61,578 nt of DNA from an uncultured Clostridia bacterium. GTDB lineage: Bacteria; Bacillota; Clostridia; TANB77; CAG-508. Shown in pieces: positions 55,603 through 61,578 of this stretch. The position numbers and the translations under genes were made by a program. Location: the NCBI GenBank assembly GCA_944388705.1, contig CALXJU010000004.1, positions 1-61,578 on the forward strand. Direction: 5' to 3'. Positions within the stretch are counted from its first letter, which is position 1. The number at the start of each line of letters is the position of its first letter. The notes below the pieces were generated by a model. It was not told where the DNA came from and ran no database searches. It saw only the letters and a list, made by a program, of their open reading frames with translations.

Positions 55603-56583
55603 CTATCTTTTTCCTAATATTTTTAATATTAGATGTCTAATTTTAAATGGTATATTTGTAATTAGCGGTAAATTCAATATCATAAAATTTTCTATATAAT
55701 AACTGAATTTTTCAGTTTTATATAATTTATGAAATATTGTCCAACCTTTAAAATTTAAGTATTTTTTTGTTTTTAACATTTCAAAATATTGTAAAGCTTT
55801 TTTGTTTTGCTCTTTTAGTTCCTCTGTAAAGATTTTGTCATGTTTTACATATGTTGTAAATAATCCTAATTTTACTTCTATAAATAAATTTCTTACATCT
55901 TCTAACTTAGTAAATTTATGTGATATTTTATCTGTCCCTACTTGATTATTCCCATGTTGTCTATATTTTATAGTTTTTTCATCTAAATATGCAACTTTTC
56001 CTTTGTTTGCCATAACACATGCTATCCATGTATCATGTATTACATATTTTGAATCTGTTGGTAAAGGTAATATGTATTCAAAATATTTATTTTTTGCCAT
56101 TAATGTACAACCTGTTACACAATTATATAAATATTGCATTCTATAATCATTATACTTTTTTATTTTTCTTGATAATAACATATAATCATTAAATGATGGG
56201 TAAATTTGTTCAAGTTTTTCATTAACTACTTCTAAGTCTGTAAATACTAAGTCTGCATCAGTTTCTTTTAACTTGTTATATGTATGCTCTACTTTTGTTG
56301 GTAACCAATAATCATCTTGGTCTGCAAACATATATACCTTATTTTCTACTTTTGATAATAAAAATTCAAAGTTTTTTACATATCCTAAATTATTTTCTTG
56401 AAAATATGTTATTATTCTTTTATCATTATATTTTTTTAATATTTCTCTAGTTTTATCTTTTGAACAGTCATCTGATATGATTAGTCTAAAATTTGTATAT
56501 GTCTGATTTAATATACTATCAATCTGTTCTTTTAGATATTTTTCACCATTGTATGTTGCAAGTAATATATCTATTTGTTCCAT
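55603..56583 (-). CDS. GT2 family glycosyltransferase
   Basis: IDILLATYNGEKYLKEQIDSILNQTY...SDDCS...DQDD. Confidence 0.75.
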   Translation of the reverse strand: MEQIDILLATYNGEKYLKEQIDSILNQTYTNFRLIISDDCSKDKTREILKKYNDKRIITYFQENNLGYVKNFEFLLSKVENKVYMFADQDDYWLPTKVEHTYNKLKETDADLVFTDLEVVNEKLEQIYPSFNDYMLLSRKIKKYNDYRMQYLYNCVTGCTLMAKNKYFEYILPLPTDSKYVIHDTWIACVMANKGKVAYLDEKTIKYRQHGNNQVGTDKISHKFTKLEDVRNLFIEVKLGLFTTYVKHDKIFTEELKEQNKKALQYFEMLKTKKYLNFKGWTIFHKLYKTEKFSYYIENFMILNLPLITNIPFKIRHLILKILGKR

Positions 56584-56594
56584 ATTTTACCTCT

Positions 56595-57464
56595 TTATTC
56601 CACAGTTATTGTTATGTCTCCATCTTTTGCTACATAATTTGTTTTTACACCTAGGTTTTCCATCCATTTTCTAGTTTCTAATGTTTTAAATGTTCCTGTT
56701 ACATTGTCCCACAACCATTGTGGTGATTGCCATAAACAAATTTCTGGTTCTACTAATTTATAAAATTCTTCTGTTGCTCCTGATTGTCCATGATGTGACA
56801 TTTGTACTATATCACTTTTTAAATTTTTTCCATATTTTTTTATTAATTTTTCTGAAGCTTCTGGACCTATATCTCCTAACATTAATATAGTTTTATCATT
56901 TACATGTATTTTAAATACCATACTTGAATTATTTATAGCATTATATGTTATTTCTGGATTTGCAGTTTGCAAAATCTCTACATATATATTTTTTCCTATT
57001 TTTATTTTATCACCAATTTGTGGCGTTTTTGCTTTTTCTTTTATTTTTTCATTTTGTATTGCCCTATAAAATTCTTCTGCTTCATATGCTCTATTAGGTT
57101 CATTTTCATTATACCATTCTTGAGAATTTATACTATAATATATGTTTTCTATTTTTATATCACTATTTTCTACTATATCTATAAATGCTCCTACATGGTC
57201 TTTATGTGGATGAGTTATAAACCAATAGTCTACTTTATTTCCATATTTTTGAATATACTGTTTTAAAGTTTCTGCTTCTATCTTTAAGCCTCCATCTATT
57301 ACAATTGTTTTATTATTACTTGTTTTGATTATATAACTCATCATGCTATTATCACTTCTCGCAGAAATTTGTGTTAATTCTATATGTGCTTTTTTATTTA
57401 GCATTATTATTGATACTATTGTTAGAATTATTAGAAATACTATTATTATTTTTTTCTTTTTCAT
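56595..57464 (-). CDS. membrane-anchored MBL-fold hydrolase (ComEC C-terminal-domain-like)
   Basis: N-terminal anchor KKKKIIIVFLIILTIVSIIML, plus HPHKDHVG and MSHHGQ motifs. Confidence 0.65.
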   Translation of the reverse strand: MKKKKIIIVFLIILTIVSIIMLNKKAHIELTQISARSDNSMMSYIIKTSNNKTIVIDGGLKIEAETLKQYIQKYGNKVDYWFITHPHKDHVGAFIDIVENSDIKIENIYYSINSQEWYNENEPNRAYEAEEFYRAIQNEKIKEKAKTPQIGDKIKIGKNIYVEILQTANPEITYNAINNSSMVFKIHVNDKTILMLGDIGPEASEKLIKKYGKNLKSDIVQMSHHGQSGATEEFYKLVEPEICLWQSPQWLWDNVTGTFKTLETRKWMENLGVKTNYVAKDGDITITVE

Positions 57465-58746
57465 TTTTTTCCTCTTTTTTTATTGTGATTTTTGTATCTA
57501 ATTTTGCCATTCCTACACATTCTTTATTTGATATTATTTCTATTAATAAAGCTTCATATTTTCTATTTAATACCTCTAAATCTCCATTTGCATTTATATG
57601 TGTACAACTAAATGATAGTGTATATTTATTTGGTGCAAGTGGTAATTTTTGTTCAAATTCTACTTCTACTACATCACCTTTTTTGAATTTGCCTGGATAG
57701 ATTTTTTCTATCATTGTATTTGTTCCAGCTACTTCTATTCCATTAAAATCTTTTATTGTCATTGTAAATATTGGGTTATCGACTTCTTCGTTAAATTTTA
57801 TTTTTGATTTTAATATTACTGGTTTTTCATTATCTATTATATTTAAGAAATTATGTTTTTCATCAAATATTCCATAATCTATTACTTCTGCTTTTAAATT
57901 TCCATATTCAATTATATTTGGATTTTCATTAAAATGAGATTTCCAAGTATCTTTTTCTTTACCTTTCACAAAATCTTTTGCTTGTGTTTCTCCTTTTTTT
58001 GGTGCATTTCCTGTTATTATTTTTTTATATAGTTCTACACCTTCTTTTACTTCTCCGTCAAAAGTTTTTGTTCCATTTTCTAATATTATTACTCTTGTAC
58101 AATTTTTTAATATATCTGCAACACTATGTGTTACAAATAATATTGTTTTTCCTTTTTCTTTAAATTCCTGGAATTTTTTGAAACATTTTAATTGAAATGC
58201 CATATCTCCTACTGATAATACTTCATCTACTATTAAAATATCTGGGTCTACATTTATTGCACAAGCAAATGCTAATCTTGCAAACATTCCTGATGAATAT
58301 GTTTTTACTGGTTGGTATAAGTGTTCTCCTATGTCTGCAAAATTTATTACATCTTGTTTTGTTGCCTCAATTTGTTCTTTTGTTAACCCCATTACTTGTC
58401 CATGTTGATATATGTTTTCTTCTCCTGTTAATTCTGAATTAAATGCTGCTCCTAATTCTAATAGTGAACTTATTTTTCCATTTACTTTTAATGTTCCTGA
58501 TGTTGGTACTACTACTCCTGTTATTATTTTTAATAATGTTGATTTTCCTGCACCATTTTTTCCAAGTATTCCTAATACTTCTCCTTTTTGTACGTTTAAG
58601 TCTAAATCATTTAATGCTCTAAATGTGTCATGTTTTTGGTAAAATGGAAATATTGTTTCTATAAGTCTTGCTTTTTTGTTTTTATACATTTTATATTCTT
58701 TTCTTAATTTATTTATTTCGATTACATTTTCTGTTTTTTTACTCAT
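57394..58746 (-). CDS. wzt: ABC transporter ATP-binding protein Wzt/TagH type with a C-terminal glycan-binding (Wzt_C-like) domain
   Basis: Walker A GKNGAGKST, signature YSSGM, Walker B ILIVDE, then a beta-rich extension of about 190 aa and an N/S-rich tail. Confidence 0.8.
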   Translation of the reverse strand: MSKKTENVIEINKLRKEYKMYKNKKARLIETIFPFYQKHDTFRALNDLDLNVQKGEVLGILGKNGAGKSTLLKIITGVVVPTSGTLKVNGKISSLLELGAAFNSELTGEENIYQHGQVMGLTKEQIEATKQDVINFADIGEHLYQPVKTYSSGMFARLAFACAINVDPDILIVDEVLSVGDMAFQLKCFKKFQEFKEKGKTILFVTHSVADILKNCTRVIILENGTKTFDGEVKEGVELYKKIITGNAPKKGETQAKDFVKGKEKDTWKSHFNENPNIIEYGNLKAEVIDYGIFDEKHNFLNIIDNEKPVILKSKIKFNEEVDNPIFTMTIKDFNGIEVAGTNTMIEKIYPGKFKKGDVVEVEFEQKLPLAPNKYTLSFSCTHINANGDLEVLNRKYEALLIEIISNKECVGMAKLDTKITIKKEEKNEKEKNNNSISNNSNNSINNNAK

Positions 58747-58774
58747 TTTAAGCTCAATGTTCTCCTCTCATCTT

Positions 58775-60598
58775 TTATATTCTTTTTAAAATATAATCTT
58801 TTTCATTTTCTAATTCTAATTTAAATTTACATGTTTCATCTATTTTTATTGTTTTTGTTTTAGGTAATATAATATATTGTACATCACATTTTTCAATCAT
58901 TTCATTTATTTTATCTGTATCATAATTTGGTTCTTCACTATTGTATATTGAAAGATATAGTTGTTTATATTCACTCTCTGGATTATTTATTATTGCTCTT
59001 GAATGCATTAATATTATTTTACTCGTATATTGTCTCATCATACATGAATGCCATGGTTCATCAGGTGCTACTACTTTTACTTTTTCTTCTGAATTTATTT
59101 TTATATATTCTGCTTCATTTAATATGTATTGTGGTATTTTTTTGAATGTTTCAAATTTTGCAAATCCCGCTTCTTCTCTATAAAAGTATTTTCCGCTTAC
59201 AATTATTATTAATACTATTGAAGCTGTATATATAATTTTATTTTTCTTTCCTTCTAGTGTGCCATAAATTAATGTTGAAGCTACTACTATTGAAAGTTCC
59301 ATTGGGAACAATAAAAATAGTCTCCAATATGTTACTGTTGTTACAACTTTTACATAAATATTTTGTAATAGTGGATTAACAACTAATAAACATATTAATA
59401 TTGGTAAATATACACATAAATTTTTTTGTTCTTTTGTTCCTTTTAAATATATAACCAAAATACTTATTAAGTATAAACTTAATACAATTTTTCCGTCACC
59501 TAAAAATGAGTTAAATGAGTTTAATTGGTTAAATGTTTCTGTTTGTGTTATAGCTTCTAATCCCATTTCTTTTGTCATTGCAAGTATTATATATAATACA
59601 CTTATTACCAATATTGGTATTAATAATAATAAACTTTTTTTGAATTGTTTAAAATCTTTATTTATTAATATTATTAGCATAAATAATCCATATACTAATG
59701 ACATAAACCATACTGTTATTGGATTACATGCTATTGATGTTATATATGAAAGTGTTAATATTATATAATCTTCTTTTGTAAAATTTTTATAGTCTAAAAA
59801 TTTATATATTACAAATGGCATTATTATATTTATTAATATTGATTTTCCTTGATATATTCTTTCTAATAAATATGTTCCTTTAAATCTTGCTGATGTTCCA
59901 CTAAATAAGAATAATATTGCTAATATTAATAATGCTATTGGTACATTTTCTTTTTTTAATAATTTCTTTAGCACTAAATAATATGCCATATATGAAATTG
60001 TTATATATATTATTAAATATGCTGTATGAAATAATGTAGGCGTACTTAATCCAAATGTTCTTGCAGTAAATCCTCCCCATATTTCCCATGTATTTAATAT
60101 ATATTTATTATCAAATGTTGATTCTTCTCTTCCTGTTGATGGGTCTGTTTCATACATTGTTTCTAATTCTCTTGCTTCATTTGCCCAGGTTATGTAAAAT
60201 GCATCATCTGCATTTTCTTTAAACACAAATGTTGAACTAAATAGTTGAAATCCTATTACTAGTATTGGTAATATCCAAAGAACTGTTGTTAGATTTTTTT
60301 CTATCTTTATTTTTGCATTATATCTTGTTTCTTTTCTTTTTATAATAAATGATAATATTATATTTGCTATATTTAATACTATAAAAATATAATATAAAAT
60401 TTTTGTATGTCCTTTTGCAAATATTATAAATGGTAGATTTATTATTTCAAATATTGCAAAATTTAATATAAATCCATATATGATTGTACTACTTATTTCT
60501 GTTTCTTTACTCTTTATGAACTTTTTTATTAATATACCACTTCTATAATATAGAAACATTGTATATATTACTACTAATATGATTTTTACTATTTCCAT
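58775..60598 (-). CDS. large polytopic membrane protein (GT-C-like or polymerase candidate)
   Basis: 607 aa, about 13 TM segments then a soluble C-terminal domain; GGAGG RBS. Confidence 0.45.
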   Translation of the reverse strand: MEIVKIILVVIYTMFLYYRSGILIKKFIKSKETEISSTIIYGFILNFAIFEIINLPFIIFAKGHTKILYYIFIVLNIANIILSFIIKRKETRYNAKIKIEKNLTTVLWILPILVIGFQLFSSTFVFKENADDAFYITWANEARELETMYETDPSTGREESTFDNKYILNTWEIWGGFTARTFGLSTPTLFHTAYLIIYITISYMAYYLVLKKLLKKENVPIALLILAILFLFSGTSARFKGTYLLERIYQGKSILINIIMPFVIYKFLDYKNFTKEDYIILTLSYITSIACNPITVWFMSLVYGLFMLIILINKDFKQFKKSLLLLIPILVISVLYIILAMTKEMGLEAITQTETFNQLNSFNSFLGDGKIVLSLYLISILVIYLKGTKEQKNLCVYLPILICLLVVNPLLQNIYVKVVTTVTYWRLFLLFPMELSIVVASTLIYGTLEGKKNKIIYTASIVLIIIVSGKYFYREEAGFAKFETFKKIPQYILNEAEYIKINSEEKVKVVAPDEPWHSCMMRQYTSKIILMHSRAIINNPESEYKQLYLSIYNSEEPNYDTDKINEMIEKCDVQYIILPKTKTIKIDETCKFKLELENEKDYILKRI

Positions 60599-60619
60599 TT
60601 TTCCTCCATTTTGTTGGTT

Positions 60620-61411
60620 TTATAGTACATCTGCGAAATCTTTTTTTGTTCTTTTAAATACTGAATTTCCCCATATAAACATTAATATTGTTATTATCCA
60701 AAATGCTATTGTAAACATTCCATGGTTTGCAAATATTATATCTTCTGACATAAATACTTGTCTAAATGTTGTTACTAAATATGTAAATGGCGTACATTTC
60801 ATTATTGTTAATATTATTTCATGTTCTGCAAGCATATCTAAGTTCCAAATTACTGGTGTGAACCAGAAAAATAGTTGCATTACTATTCCTAATAAGTTTC
60901 CAAAATCTGGTACTACTGTTGTTACTGCTGATGTAAATCTCGTAAATGCTATTATAAAACAATATGCTGATATTATTACATATATTAATGTTAATACATT
61001 TGGTAAATATCCATATATTAAACATATTACTACTGCTAGTACTATTAAAAATAGCCCTACAAAACTTGATGCTACTATTGATATTGTTGGTATTATATCT
61101 ACTGGAAATACTACTTTTTTTACTAGATAACTATATGTTCTTATTGAGTTACTTGCTGTTAATATACTGTCATTCATCCATTGCCACATTGCCATTCCTG
61201 GGAAAAACCATACTGCATATGGATATTGTCCACTACTCCCTGTTTTTAATATAAATTGAAATACTATCGCATATGTTATCATAAATACAAATGGTTGCAA
61301 AAATCCCCATATTGCTCCTAAACTTGTATTTGCAAATCTATTTTTAAAGTCATTTCTTCCTAATTGCCATATTAGTTTTCTATTTTTTATTACTGTTTTT
61401 ATAAATTCCAT
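60620..61411 (-). CDS. wzm: ABC-2 type polysaccharide/teichoic acid export permease (Wzm/TagG)
   Basis: 263 aa, six TM segments, FKNRFANTSLGAIWGFLQP N-terminal motif; paired with wzt. Confidence 0.8.
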   Translation of the reverse strand: MEFIKTVIKNRKLIWQLGRNDFKNRFANTSLGAIWGFLQPFVFMITYAIVFQFILKTGSSGQYPYAVWFFPGMAMWQWMNDSILTASNSIRTYSYLVKKVVFPVDIIPTISIVASSFVGLFLIVLAVVICLIYGYLPNVLTLIYVIISAYCFIIAFTRFTSAVTTVVPDFGNLLGIVMQLFFWFTPVIWNLDMLAEHEIILTIMKCTPFTYLVTTFRQVFMSEDIIFANHGMFTIAFWIITILMFIWGNSVFKRTKKDFADVL

Positions 61412-61446
61412 TTTTCTCTCCTATTTTTGGTTTAAAAGTCACATAT

Positions 61447-61475
61447 ATTTTATATATTTTTTACCTATTTGTCAA
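61447..61475 (-). promoter_or_regulatory. sigma-A promoter at the head of the glycan locus
   Basis: Minus strand TTGACA-17 nt-TAAAAT. Confidence 0.55.
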
Positions 61476-61578
61476 TTGTTTTTGGGCTTTTAATTGATTT
61501 CATATGATTCATTTATGATAATGTCTTAATAAATCATTTAGGAAAATGTCTTAATTTTAAAATTTATGATATAAGTAT

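Noticed and set aside
1720-61254. Many 60-180 aa ORFs in the track lying antisense to or overlapping long genes (for example 1720-1902, 13604-13900, 24158-24484, 42514-42831, 60579-61130).
   Set aside because: They are Leu/Phe/Ile-rich low-complexity translations typical of the antisense strand of AT-rich genes. They lack RBSs and are fully nested in well-supported genes.

Overview
AT-rich window (about 25-30% GC, hand-counted on sample lines) from a spore-forming, Clostridia-like Firmicute; bofA, yaaL and spoVAC/AD/AEb are present. Left to right: tRNA-Thr; a CPBP protease; an operon for a dockerin-bearing peptidoglycan glucosaminidase and a cadherin-like-repeat surface protein; a U32 peptidase; bofA-yaaL; serS; purA; engB; a DUF951-gltX-rnj operon; purB; a tRNA operon; mtaB-glcK; a 9.4 kb type IV pilus cluster; spoVAC-AD-AEb; guaB; infC-rpmI-rplT; and a roughly 24.6 kb cell-wall glycan locus (36.8-61.4 kb). 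Most notable: (1) tRNA-Tyr(GTA) is split in its anticodon loop by a 215-nt group I (IC3-like) intron, and a free-standing PD-(D/E)XK homing-endonuclease-like gene lies just downstream. (2) A glycyl-radical enzyme and its activase are embedded in the glycan locus. (3) Two interspersed repeat families appear not to be described. Family A is GC-rich 33-34 bp units with core GAGAACCGTCCCC, and one copy is translated in frame as the linker of a GT4-DUF4422 fusion. Family B is roughly 90-105 bp palindromes with a covarying inner stem around a conserved GC-rich loop. (4) purA and purB are GC-rich compositional outliers, and purB lacks about 64 codons in frame relative to E. coli-type PurB. (5) All three pilins in the pilus cluster lack Glu+5, PilM and PilN are fused, and a phased TTGTAAT array sits upstream. 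All calls rest on reading the sequence and recalled family motifs; no searches were run.
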